NCBI GenBank assembly: GCA_044343545.1
Contig: JAWBZR010000007.1
Coordinates: 1-28,140, forward strand
Length of the DNA: 28,140 nucleotides
Direction: 5' to 3'
From: Candidatus Aenigmatarchaeota archaeon
GTDB lineage: Archaea > Aenigmatarchaeota > Aenigmatarchaeia > CG10238-14
Below are positions 9,835-18,918 of this stretch, in pieces. The position numbers were made by a program, and so were the translations under genes. The notes under the pieces were generated by a model that was given only the letters and a program-made list of their open reading frames with translations, made no database searches and had not been told where the DNA came from. The number at the start of each line of letters is the position of its first letter. Within the stretch, counting starts at the first letter, position 1.

Positions 9835-10600
9835 AGACATATTAAAAGAAATTTTGGATATACTTCAAGATTTAAAGAAAGAAAACAAAACACTTGAATC
9901 CAACTATTTAAAAATGATTAAAACAATGGAAAGCATTTCATCTATGACTAAAGAAAATTCCGAGGCAATTTTAAAAATTGAACAGCAAATAAACAATATT
10001 CTTTTGGATAGTGAAAAAGAAAAATCCATAATCCAACAGATTAACAACTCGCTCTCTTTGTTGGATGGTAGAATAGCTAAGTTGGAAAAATTCAATGATA
10101 TTCAAGAAATCAAAAAAACGCTTTCTTCGATTTTATATGATATTTTGAATTTTAAAAATGATTTGACAAAGAAAATTAGTATGCTGGATAACAAAATTTT
10201 GCTAATCGAAAGTAAGGTTAATATGAAAGATGCTACTGATATTGATAGTATACAAGCTTCCATTTCCGAAGTAAAGGATATAGTTAAAATAAGTGTTCAA
10301 GGCATAAATGCAAAAGTCACAAACCTTTTCGAGAGAATATCAAGCTTAGAGTTTAGAATAAAAATCAATGAAGTAATGCTATCTTTGGCGACATCTTCCG
10401 AAAAGGAAAACATAGTCAAGCAATTGAATGAGTTGTCAAAATTATTAATGGAAGCTAAATCAAAAAATCTCTTTGAAAGGGATTTAATTTATCAAATATC
10501 TACAATGCTCGAAAATATGCAATCTTACTATAAGAGTAGCGGGCAAGTTGATCTTGCAAAAATTTTTATGCAAAAGAAGGTTGAAATAGAAAATATGTAA
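9827..10600 (+). CDS. Coiled-coil protein, function unknown
   Basis: Helical, heptad-like 257-aa ORF. GGAGAGG SD-like sequence upstream; overlaps the previous gene. Confidence 0.75.
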   Translation: MNRDILKEILDILQDLKKENKTLESNYLKMIKTMESISSMTKENSEAILKIEQQINNILLDSEKEKSIIQQINNSLSLLDGRIAKLEKFNDIQEIKKTLSSILYDILNFKNDLTKKISMLDNKILLIESKVNMKDATDIDSIQASISEVKDIVKISVQGINAKVTNLFERISSLEFRIKINEVMLSLATSSEKENIVKQLNELSKLLMEAKSKNLFERDLIYQISTMLENMQSYYKSSGQVDLAKIFMQKKVEIENM

Positions 10601-10672
10601 CTACTGCTTAATAATTATTGTGTTTTGATAAATTTATTAATCGAAACTTTTAATAATAAAATAGGTGAAGAT

Positions 10673-11065
10673 ATGAAAAGAAAAGCACAAGCTGCAATGG
10701 AATATCTGATGACATATGGCTGGGCCATATTGATAATAGTAGTAGTGATAGCAGCATTGTATGCGATGGGCGTCTTCAAGACAAGATCTACAGTACCTTG
10801 CAGTCCATGTTTCGGTTATTTTGCGTATGTTGATCACAACACAAATACTCTTGTTTTAAGAAATGGTCCAAAGGAAGTAAATATTTCAGCAGGCAATGGC
10901 GACCAGAGCGGATGTACCTTCCCAACAGAAACATTCTCTCCAGGACAAGAAATAAGATTGACGGGTTGCGATATTCAAAACAATGAAAAAGTAGTAATCG
11001 CATACACCTCATCGGATTCAGGATTGACAAAAACAGATAGTGCAACATTGCATACGGTATCTTAA
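10673..11065 (+). CDS. Probable major type IV pilin (class III signal peptide)
   Basis: AGGTGA SD then ATG 10673: MKRKAQ|AAMEYLMTYGWAILIIVVVIAALYAMGVF, a classic archaeal pilin N-terminus. Confidence 0.9.
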   Translation: MKRKAQAAMEYLMTYGWAILIIVVVIAALYAMGVFKTRSTVPCSPCFGYFAYVDHNTNTLVLRNGPKEVNISAGNGDQSGCTFPTETFSPGQEIRLTGCDIQNNEKVVIAYTSSDSGLTKTDSATLHTVS

Positions 11066-11077
11066 AAATTTGATGTT

Positions 11078-11098
11078 AGTTTTTCTTTTTTCTTTTTT
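11078..11098 (+). terminator. Oligo-T tract, probable archaeal terminator after the pilin gene
   Basis: T-rich tract (tttttcttttttctttttt) immediately after the stop, between convergent genes. Confidence 0.5.
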
Positions 11099-12584
11099 AA
11101 AAAGCTTCCAAATCATTTTTGTTTATTTTATGCTTGAGGCTGTATTCTATCAAAGCTTCTTCATAAGTTTTTTCTATTTCAGATTTTTTCGACCTTCTTT
11201 CTCTTACCTTTATCATGATAGGATAATTTACAGCTTCCCCAACTATTACAGCTTCCCCGGTCTTTAAAGATGGAAGATTTTTTATGAGTTCTTCGTTGAT
11301 TCCCTCGCTGCTTTTACCTATATGGTCTATATCATACGGATTTGTAACTCTTAGTATTATGTGAGTATTACATTGAGATAATACGGTAGGGTTCAACCTT
11401 ATGGGTCTTTGAGAGACAAGCATAAGAGATGCATGAAATTTTCTACCTTCTCTTGCAATTGTTTCTATTATTCCTCTTGATATAGCTTCTTCTTTTTTTG
11501 TTTCGGGACAAAACTGATGTGCTTCTTCTATTATGAGTAGGAAAGGAGGTATGTTTCCCTTTCTTCTTTCATAAAACAATTTTTTTGCAAAAAAGGATGC
11601 AATAATTTGTCTTTCTTTTAATTCTACAAAATTAGATAGATCAAAAACACACAATTGTCCCGGCTTTGCTATCGAATTTATGGATGGTTGCGTATATTTA
11701 TCAAACAATTGAAAAACCTTTAAGCTACTTAAAGCTCCTGATAGATTTTCTTTTATAGGACTCTTCACGTCACTTTTATCTATAAGTTCTATTAGTTCAT
11801 CCAAATTGTAATTTTGATTTTTCATATTTTGAAGTATTCTGCTCAATTCTCTTTTTTGTGCGTTCGAAAGCTCTAAAAATTCGCCAAAGTGAGTCGTGTT
11901 CAAGTTAGAAACGCCTATCTTTATGTTTTCGCTTGTATAAATTTTTGTGAATCTTTTATAAAAAGAATCTTCTCCAAACTTTTTATATTCTCCATGAGGG
12001 TCAAACACTATTATTGCAGGTTTTCCCAAAGAATCGTCTCTATCAAGCAATTCCTCTATGATAACGCTTACGAGGTGGCTTTTTCCCGCACCTGACATTG
12101 CAAGTATGGCAACGTGTTTCTGTAAAAGTCTGGTCACGTTGATCCTAGCTTCCAAGTTGTGATGAAATATTTTTCCCAAACACAAACCATTCTTATCAAA
12201 GCCAAGAAATTTTTCCAATATCATCTCATCTATTTCGCTGATTTTCATTCCAGGAGAAGGAGGAAAAGTTACTCTTTCTATTTTACCTTCATTAAAAAAA
12301 CCTAGTATACTGCAGTTTGCAACCAAATATTCCCATCTCTCTATCGGAAAAGCTTCGCTTATAGGATTGTTCCCCCTTTCATATTCTATCACAGATTCGG
12401 CTCTTGAAAAATATCTATTCGTTTTATATATCTCGTTAACTCTTGCTATTATTATTCCATTACCTGTATCTACTTGGACGAATTGACCTTTTCTTACAGA
12501 AGAATCGGTTATCGCAAAATCAAATTCCATTGTGTTAGGGCCTTTTTCATTTGATATGATGCTACCAAAAATTTTCATAATCAA
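11097..12584 (-). CDS. HerA-like ATPase (HAS-barrel plus HerA/FtsK ATPase domain)
   Basis: N-terminal VRKGQFVQV..IIARV HAS barrel; HVAILAMSGAGKS Walker A; FDPHGEY; IIEEAH Walker B; IAREGRKF; SQRP; LSQCNT. Confidence 0.9.
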   Translation of the reverse strand: MIMKIFGSIISNEKGPNTMEFDFAITDSSVRKGQFVQVDTGNGIIIARVNEIYKTNRYFSRAESVIEYERGNNPISEAFPIERWEYLVANCSILGFFNEGKIERVTFPPSPGMKISEIDEMILEKFLGFDKNGLCLGKIFHHNLEARINVTRLLQKHVAILAMSGAGKSHLVSVIIEELLDRDDSLGKPAIIVFDPHGEYKKFGEDSFYKRFTKIYTSENIKIGVSNLNTTHFGEFLELSNAQKRELSRILQNMKNQNYNLDELIELIDKSDVKSPIKENLSGALSSLKVFQLFDKYTQPSINSIAKPGQLCVFDLSNFVELKERQIIASFFAKKLFYERRKGNIPPFLLIIEEAHQFCPETKKEEAISRGIIETIAREGRKFHASLMLVSQRPIRLNPTVLSQCNTHIILRVTNPYDIDHIGKSSEGINEELIKNLPSLKTGEAVIVGEAVNYPIMIKVRERRSKKSEIEKTYEEALIEYSLKHKINKNDLEAF

Positions 12585-12628
12585 TAATTAAAGCATCAAT
12601 AAATTAATTAAGTTATGCATTAAATTTT

Positions 12629-13381
12629 ATGAAAATGAAATTCATACTCAACGAGCCAGCCTTATATTTGAGCGATGTAAATTCGCTTGTAATAGGAGAT
12701 TTGCATATAGGTTTAGAATATGAGTTGAGCAGGAAAGGAATAAACTTGCCAAAACAAACAAACATGATGCTTGAAAAAATTCAATCTTTGATAAAAAAGA
12801 CGAATGCAGATAACTTGATCATCTTGGGTGACATAAAACACCAAGTTCCTGGAATTAGTTACACGGAAGAAAATGATATAAAACATTTTTTTGAAACACT
12901 CCAAAGAAAAGTCAAGATTTCTGTTTGTTTGGGAAATCATGATACTTTTTTGAAAAAAATTCTTTCATCGAGAAAAATAAAACTATATAGTTCAAGGGGA
13001 TTCAAGATTAAAGATTACGGTTTCTTTCATGGTCACGCGTGGCCAAGGAAAGATTTGTTCAAATGCAAGTATCTTATATCTAGCCACATTCATCCTACAA
13101 TACTTTTTCTTGGAAAGTTTGGTCATAGAATTACTGAGCCTGTTTGGATTAAATTCAAGCTTGACACAAAAAAGATAGAGAAAAAATATGACATAAAAAA
13201 CAAGGGTTTGGAAATGATAATAGTCCCCGCATTTAATAGGCTTTTAAGCGGATCAAATATAAATGTTTCTAAAATAAAAGAAGATTTAGATCCATTGTTA
13301 AGTGATTTAGTGATAAAGGAAGAGACAGAATTTTACTTGCTTGATGGCACATACCTTGGGAGGTTGAAGGATATTGGTTGA
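12629..13381 (+). CDS. Calcineurin-like metallophosphoesterase (ICC-like)
   Basis: GDLHIG, LGDIKH, GNHD, HGH and SHIHP motifs, plus VPAFN. Confidence 0.9.
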   Translation: MKMKFILNEPALYLSDVNSLVIGDLHIGLEYELSRKGINLPKQTNMMLEKIQSLIKKTNADNLIILGDIKHQVPGISYTEENDIKHFFETLQRKVKISVCLGNHDTFLKKILSSRKIKLYSSRGFKIKDYGFFHGHAWPRKDLFKCKYLISSHIHPTILFLGKFGHRITEPVWIKFKLDTKKIEKKYDIKNKGLEMIIVPAFNRLLSGSNINVSKIKEDLDPLLSDLVIKEETEFYLLDGTYLGRLKDIG

Positions 13382-13799
13382 TAGTGTTCAAGCTGTAATA
13401 TTCAATGAAGATATGAAATTTTTGCTAATAAAAAGGAGAGGATATCATGATAGTAACTTTTTTTGGCGTTTGGTAAAGGGTAGAAAAAGGTCGGGAGAAA
13501 CGGATGAGGATGCTTTAAAGAGGGAAATAGAAGAAGAAACAGGTTTAGAGAAATTCAATATTTTAAAAAAAATTTACAGTTATTCTTTCATATCTCCTGA
13601 AGGAGACAAGGTCAAGGTTAATACATATTTAGTTTTTGCCAAAAAAGATCAAAGGTTGCAAAAAAAAGACGAAGAAGAGGATATCGTGGAGTACAAGTGG
13701 GCTAGTTTTGATGAAGCGAAAGAATTACTTCATTATGTCGAGGAAATCGAAGCTGTTCAAAGAGCAAAAGAAAATTTAAATCATCCCCCATTCTTTTAA
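13374..13799 (+). CDS. NUDIX hydrolase
   Basis: Nudix box KGRKRSGETDEDALKREIEEETGL. Confidence 0.9.
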   Translation: MVDSVQAVIFNEDMKFLLIKRRGYHDSNFFWRLVKGRKRSGETDEDALKREIEEETGLEKFNILKKIYSYSFISPEGDKVKVNTYLVFAKKDQRLQKKDEEEDIVEYKWASFDEAKELLHYVEEIEAVQRAKENLNHPPFF

Positions 13800-15542
13800 T
13801 AGTTGTTTTTCATCATCTTGGAGTTTGTCTAGAATTTCCACGAGGATTTTCAAGTTATGAGGTGTGATTACGCTTACGAGTATATCACCTTCAAATATTT
13901 GCCTACCAACTGTGGGTTCGTCCATAGAGATGGCAGCCTTTTCACCAGTTTTTATTTGATTTATGTTTTTCCCTTCTTTTTGAATTTGTTTAACTTTGCC
14001 AACATCTTTTTTGTTTTCTAGAGCTAATGGAGTGTTGACTTTTAAAACCCCAGCTAAAACTTCCACTCCAAATATGGCAGGTTGCCTCTTTCTAAAAACA
14101 AAACCAGGCAATATTCTTATCTTTGCAGGTCTGATAACACTTTCCAGTTTTTCCAGTTTTTCTCTTTCTTTTTTATCTTCTCTCCATTTTTTAAAATCTT
14201 CAACTATCTTGTAAATAATGTTGCTTTTGAAAACTGGTATCTTCTTTTCTCTTGCCATAATTTCAGCTTCTTCAAGCAAATCTACGTTAAAACATAAAAT
14301 AGCTTTCTTGTCTTCATCTTTCACAACGTCGAGTTCTACGATATCTTGTTTCGTCACATGACCTATTTCTGCCTTTTTTACCGGTATTTGATTGTCTGTC
14401 AATATCTTAACCAACGCTTCCAAGCTTCCAAGCGTGTCTGCTTTTGCTATGACACCTTCTATATCTTTCGAAAATTCTATTTTTTCAGTTTCTTCCTCTA
14501 CTATTTTCTTTGCCATTTCTATTTCATCTTCACTTTTCACGCAAACTATCGGACTCCCGGCTATCACGTTTTCCAAGTTTGGTGCGGCTATTTTGATACC
14601 GGCAGCAGCAACTACTTCATTTACAGATTCAAATTTCTTTTCCATTCTTAACTCTCTCAATTCTGGTGGTTTCAGCAAAGCTTTTATTTTTGTCACAACC
14701 ACGCCATCCTTTCCACCTACTATTAAAATGTCTCCTACCCTAACCACGCCGTCATATATTATAGCATCAATAGTCGTCCCAAGACCTTTAACTTCTTTTA
14801 CTTCCAGCACACTACCTCTCGCTTTTTCGCTCATTATTAGATTTTGAGTAAGAAATTTTTGAGCAAGACCTGCTAACATGACAAGTAATTCTGAAATTCC
14901 TTCACCCGTTTTTCCTGAGCAAGGAACAATTGCAACTTGCTTTTTAAAATCTATAATTCTATCAAACCTTTCGGCTTCAAACCCTCTTTCATAAAGTTGA
15001 GCAACAAGTGAATACAGCTTGGATTCCAATTCGTCTTGAACTTCTTTTGATTGGAAAGAAAAACTATCATGAAAACATGTTGTTCTTTTGTTTTGCCATC
15101 CGAAAATTAAATCTATTTTTGTTGCTGCTACAAGGAACGGAGTTTTGTATTGCTTTAGAAAATTTAGTGATTCGTCTGTTTGAGGTTGGAAACCTTCGTT
15201 TATGTCGATCACTAAGATAGCTAAATCAGCTATTGATCCACCTCTTTTTCTCAACGTTACAAATGCTTCATGTCCTGGAGTGTCGATGAATAGCAAACCA
15301 GGAATTGTAATGTCTATTTTCAATCTTTCTAACAAGTTTCCGCATAACTTTTTTATTACGCTAGTAGGGACGAAGCTTGCACCTATGTGCTGCGTTATTT
15401 GTCCGGGTTCAGCAGCATTGATAGCAGTACCTCTTATAGCATCTAACAATGACGTTTTCCCATGGTCTACATTTTCGGTTAGCCGCGATTAAGCGAGCTA
15501 ATGTCCGAGGACCGATACGATGGGTTGCCTTATGCGAGTGAT
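13776..15542 (-). CDS. infB: Translation initiation factor aIF5B (IF-2), interrupted by a 30-nt putative intron (exons 15542-15503 and 15472-13776; about 578 aa spliced)
   Basis: The tracked ORF has GQITQHIGA, DTPGHEAF and TKID G-domain motifs but no G1. Upstream sequence encodes RIRQPIVSVLGH, and VDHGKTSLLD follows a 30-nt insert. Start codon uncertain (ATC 15542, GTG 15563 or TTG 15566). Confidence 0.92.
15473..15502 (-). other. Putative archaeal mRNA intron with bulge-helix-bulge/BHL splice motif
   Basis: Intron sequence AUUAGCUCGCUUAAUCGCGGCUAACCGAAA, with in-frame UAG and UAA. 4-bp helix UCGG/CCGA followed by ACA and AAA bulges. Removal gives GGA CAU GUA GAC CAU GGG AAA ACG (GHVDHGKT). 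Confidence 0.85.
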
Positions 15543-15600
15543 ACAATCACCTCTTTTTAACACCAATAGATTTATCTTTTAAAGTTTTAATTTATATTTA

Positions 15601-16047
15601 ATGTCTTTGACCATTCACGATATAAAACCAATAGGTTTATGCATAGCGACGCAAGAATTATTTGATACAAAAAAATTTATTTTAAATTATTGTGACAATC
15701 TACTTCTTCGAGGCAAGGAACCTTCATTAGCAAGCAAAATAAATACAATCAAGAGAGATTTGAATAGTATAAGGACGCAACCAAAGTTTTTAGATGGTTA
15801 CAAGGCTATATTGATAAGCAACATCGATAGAATAATCGCTCTCGTCGAATCTAGATATGGTAAAACATTTTCGGATGAGGTAGATCTTGTGAAGAAAAGC
15901 GGAAAAAATATTATAGAAAAAATCATCAATGCTCAGTCGTTCGACGAAATTTCACTACTCGAAGATGTTTTTAAGACGAACATCGTCCATCCAACATATA
16001 GGCTTTTCGTCGAAGATATGAAGAAACTAAAAATAAACATTATTTAG
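15601..16047 (+). CDS. Hypothetical helical protein
   Basis: 148-aa ATG ORF filling the gap between infB and the topoisomerase gene; no motif recognised. Confidence 0.75.
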   Translation: MSLTIHDIKPIGLCIATQELFDTKKFILNYCDNLLLRGKEPSLASKINTIKRDLNSIRTQPKFLDGYKAILISNIDRIIALVESRYGKTFSDEVDLVKKSGKNIIEKIINAQSFDEISLLEDVFKTNIVHPTYRLFVEDMKKLKINII

Positions 16048-16050
16048 TTT

Positions 16051-17736
16051 TCAACATTCTTCAACCCAGGAAAACTTTTTTTGCAACGTTTTCGGGTAAT
16101 ACTTTTTCCAGTCAAAACCTATTTTTTTGAACCATTTATAATAAACTCTTGGATCAATGTAACTTTTCAGTGAAGTATTTAAATTATAATCTCTCGTCTT
16201 TTCCATAATTTCAACCTTTAATTTCATGTTCTTAATTTTTTTCTCCATTTTCTCCATTTTCTCGGCCAATCTTTTTTTCATCTTTTTTTCAATCTCCCTC
16301 ATTTGTTTTTCAATCTTTTTCATCCTTTCTTCTAGCTTGACATCTTTTCCACCTTTTTTCTCTATTCTCAATCTTAATTCTTCCATCTTTTTTTGCATTT
16401 TCTCCATTCTTTGTTTCATTTGTTTTTCAATCTTTTCTTTTGCTTCATTTTTTTGTCTTTCCAACTTTTCAATACTTTCAAACTTCTTTTTCAGCGAATT
16501 TTCCCAATTCTTGGGCAAACTCCTTTTGTGATTACAAGTAATAGCTGCTTCAAGATTCGCCAGAGTGGCAACAAATTTTTTGTATTCTTCCTCATCGGTT
16601 TCTTTGACTTTTGCCTTTTTCAGATATTCGTCTATCGTTTTTGTTGCATGATATGTCCTAAAAACTTTTGCCGTAATACCTGGAACAATGCTGCTTAAAA
16701 ATTCATTTACATTTTCAGATCTAATACCACCAAATATTCTACCATTCTTTCCTGGTTTTGATATGAACTCTTTCAAGTTATTGACAACTTCTTTTGGCAA
16801 TTTTACTTCTTTATGCCAATGAACCGAATCTTTTCCGAGAAAATCGAAAACGACTACATTATTTTCTTTTATTTTAACATTTTCTACTGTTAATGTCGTT
16901 GCACCTACCGTGTTCGCTTCGTCCTTATCCTTTTCGTCGCCAACCCTCATCTTGATCGCGTCTATAAGATAGCAAACCGTCGCAATTTTTCTCGTTTTAA
17001 CATCTTCTGAAGTCAAGTTATTCACTATATGTTTCATGAGTTTGTCATAATTGTTTCCCAATTCTATTGCTTTGTCATATTTTTCCTTTTCCCGGTTTTG
17101 CTTTACAAAACAGGAATCAGCAAGCCAAACATATTTTTCTTTCCCAGTTAGTTTATCATCCCATTTTGCTATCCACATACAGTTTGGCATCCAAACGATT
17201 TCTTTCCAATTTCCTTTTGGCCTAGGCGCATCCGGTGACAAGTTCAATATTATATCCTCTTCTTTAGGACCTTCTTTCCATCTACCTCTCAGTGGGTGAT
17301 CCCCTCTTCCCATGAATATGCTGCTCGGCTCCGCTATATAATTAGCTATCTCTACTTTCATGCCGTCAACAATAGCATATCCGTATTTTTCCTTGTTTTC
17401 TTCCCTTATTTTTTTTCTTTGCTCTGCCAAGGCTTTTTTTTCTTCTTTGCTCATTCTTTCTTTGCTCATTCTTTCCTCGTTCAAATAATTAATTATTTCA
17501 GAAAAATCAAAATCATCTTTCGTTCCTTCAACTCCGAGAGCTTTACAAAAATCTGAAAAGAAATTTTTTACGAAAACAGGGTCTTCTACATATTTGGTTC
17601 CAAGTTTTTTTACCCACGCCACTGCCATTTCTTCTTGTTGAGGAGTTAGTGAAATGAGTTTGTTTTTAAATTTTATTTTAAATCCTTTAGGCTCGTATTT
17701 TGTCACAAGTATACCATTGTGTATCAACTGATACAT
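16051..17736 (-). CDS. DNA topoisomerase IB, eukaryote-like
   Basis: LIHNG N-terminus, FMGRGDHPLRG, MRVGDEKD, FDFLGKDS, AKVFRTYHA, CNH, a coiled-coil linker, and TSLKSYIDPR with the catalytic Tyr. Confidence 0.95.
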   Translation of the reverse strand: MYQLIHNGILVTKYEPKGFKIKFKNKLISLTPQQEEMAVAWVKKLGTKYVEDPVFVKNFFSDFCKALGVEGTKDDFDFSEIINYLNEERMSKERMSKEEKKALAEQRKKIREENKEKYGYAIVDGMKVEIANYIAEPSSIFMGRGDHPLRGRWKEGPKEEDIILNLSPDAPRPKGNWKEIVWMPNCMWIAKWDDKLTGKEKYVWLADSCFVKQNREKEKYDKAIELGNNYDKLMKHIVNNLTSEDVKTRKIATVCYLIDAIKMRVGDEKDKDEANTVGATTLTVENVKIKENNVVVFDFLGKDSVHWHKEVKLPKEVVNNLKEFISKPGKNGRIFGGIRSENVNEFLSSIVPGITAKVFRTYHATKTIDEYLKKAKVKETDEEEYKKFVATLANLEAAITCNHKRSLPKNWENSLKKKFESIEKLERQKNEAKEKIEKQMKQRMEKMQKKMEELRLRIEKKGGKDVKLEERMKKIEKQMREIEKKMKKRLAEKMEKMEKKIKNMKLKVEIMEKTRDYNLNTSLKSYIDPRVYYKWFKKIGFDWKKYYPKTLQKKFSWVEEC

Positions 17737-17788
17737 ATGTCGTCGCCTTTAAATAAAGCAAGTGAAAAAATTAAAAATTTTTAGGTTC

Positions 17789-18532
17789 TTACTCTTCTTC
17801 TTGAATTCTCGGTGCCAAAATGAAACTTATTTCAACTTTATCCAAATCTTTGAAAATCATTTTCATCGGGTAATCTGTTGACCACATAATAGTGACTTCA
17901 TCAGACAGCTTTGCCGCCTTTATCATCTTTTTCAAATAATCTAAGGGATATCTTGCTTTACTTTCACTCCCTTGTAACTCTATCAAACCCTCATCTCCTT
18001 TTTGAAGTATTAATTCGGTCGAGCTCATATCACCAACGGCTCTCATGATGAACATATCTTTTTTTGCTTCAAAAACTACAGAATCCGCAACAATTTCAGC
18101 ATCCTCTATTCCGCTTTTTAAAATGTCAGAGTTTATCACCGCTTTTGTTTTGAATTCTAACTTTTCTATTGATGGAAGTTCTTCTTCCTGTATTTCTATA
18201 AGCGGAAGAGTAAACTTTCTTGTAGAATTTTCTTTTATCGTAATTTCGATATTATTTCCTTTTAATTCCAATATGCATTTATCACTACTTTTTGCTCTTT
18301 TGAGTATCGAAACCAAATTTGTGATGTTTATGGGCATACTTGCTTGATCTGCTTTGAATTCTTCAAAAATGTTTGGAGGCATTCTGAATTGCACAACTGC
18401 AACCATGGCCCTGTCAGCTGCTGAAAGACTGAGTCCGTTTTTATCAGCTTTTAACACACCTTCATCTATAAGTTCTCCTATGGTTACGAAAGCATCTCTG
18501 AGAGCATCTATTTTTGAACAAACTATTCTCAT
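17789..18532 (-). CDS. pcn: DNA polymerase sliding clamp PCNA
   Basis: LIDEG...GLSLSAADRAMVAVV...YPLDYLKKMIKA...DYPM...FILAPR. Start reassigned to ATG 18532 (ATGA overlap with the upstream gene, GGGGGTG SD). Confidence 0.95.
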   Translation of the reverse strand: MRIVCSKIDALRDAFVTIGELIDEGVLKADKNGLSLSAADRAMVAVVQFRMPPNIFEEFKADQASMPINITNLVSILKRAKSSDKCILELKGNNIEITIKENSTRKFTLPLIEIQEEELPSIEKLEFKTKAVINSDILKSGIEDAEIVADSVVFEAKKDMFIMRAVGDMSSTELILQKGDEGLIELQGSESKARYPLDYLKKMIKAAKLSDEVTIMWSTDYPMKMIFKDLDKVEISFILAPRIQEEE

Positions 18533-18858
18533 TGATACACCCCCCACTTTTTATATAATTCTTCCATTTTTTTATAAAAGTTTAAGTTTATCCCTGTCAA
18601 ATCTTGGACGACGTCTGCTTTTATTTCAAAGCCATCTTCTGTCGGTATTACCGTTCCATAAACTGCTACAAGTTGATGAATATCAATTTTTTCTTCCATC
18701 TCAGGATCTATGTATATGTTTACTTTATCCTTGCCATCATCAACTATTATTGATAGCTCGCTCTTGTCAACTACTAGCCCTATAATCTTTACCTTTAAAT
18801 CTATTTCAGGATTTATTTCGCTCAAAGATTTCTTGAAATATTGGTTTTTTGCAGGCAC
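18529..18858 (-). CDS. Single OB-fold protein, RPA small-subunit-like
   Basis: KVKIIGLVVD...IIVDDG...LVAVYGTV...IKADVVQD OB-fold pattern; coupled to PCNA. Confidence 0.7.
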   Translation of the reverse strand: MPAKNQYFKKSLSEINPEIDLKVKIIGLVVDKSELSIIVDDGKDKVNIYIDPEMEEKIDIHQLVAVYGTVIPTEDGFEIKADVVQDLTGINLNFYKKMEELYKKWGVYQ

Positions 18859-18918
18859 ATTTAAATAATGTTTTCAATACTTTTAATATTTGTTTTTTAA
18901 AATAGGTGAGAGGTAAAA

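Noticed and set aside
13776..15449. aIF5B starting at TTG 15449, as in the ORF track
   Set aside because: It would lack the essential G1 P-loop, which is clearly encoded upstream across the 30-nt insert.
15473..15502. The insert as an intein, stop-codon readthrough or alternative genetic code
   Set aside because: It is only 10 codons, contains two different stops (TAG and TAA), has no intein motifs and would break the P-loop if translated. TAA, TAG and TGA all end genes normally in this window.
16226..16531. Phe/Ser/Ile-rich plus-strand ORF resembling a membrane protein
   Set aside because: Antisense shadow of the K/E-rich topoisomerase IB linker.
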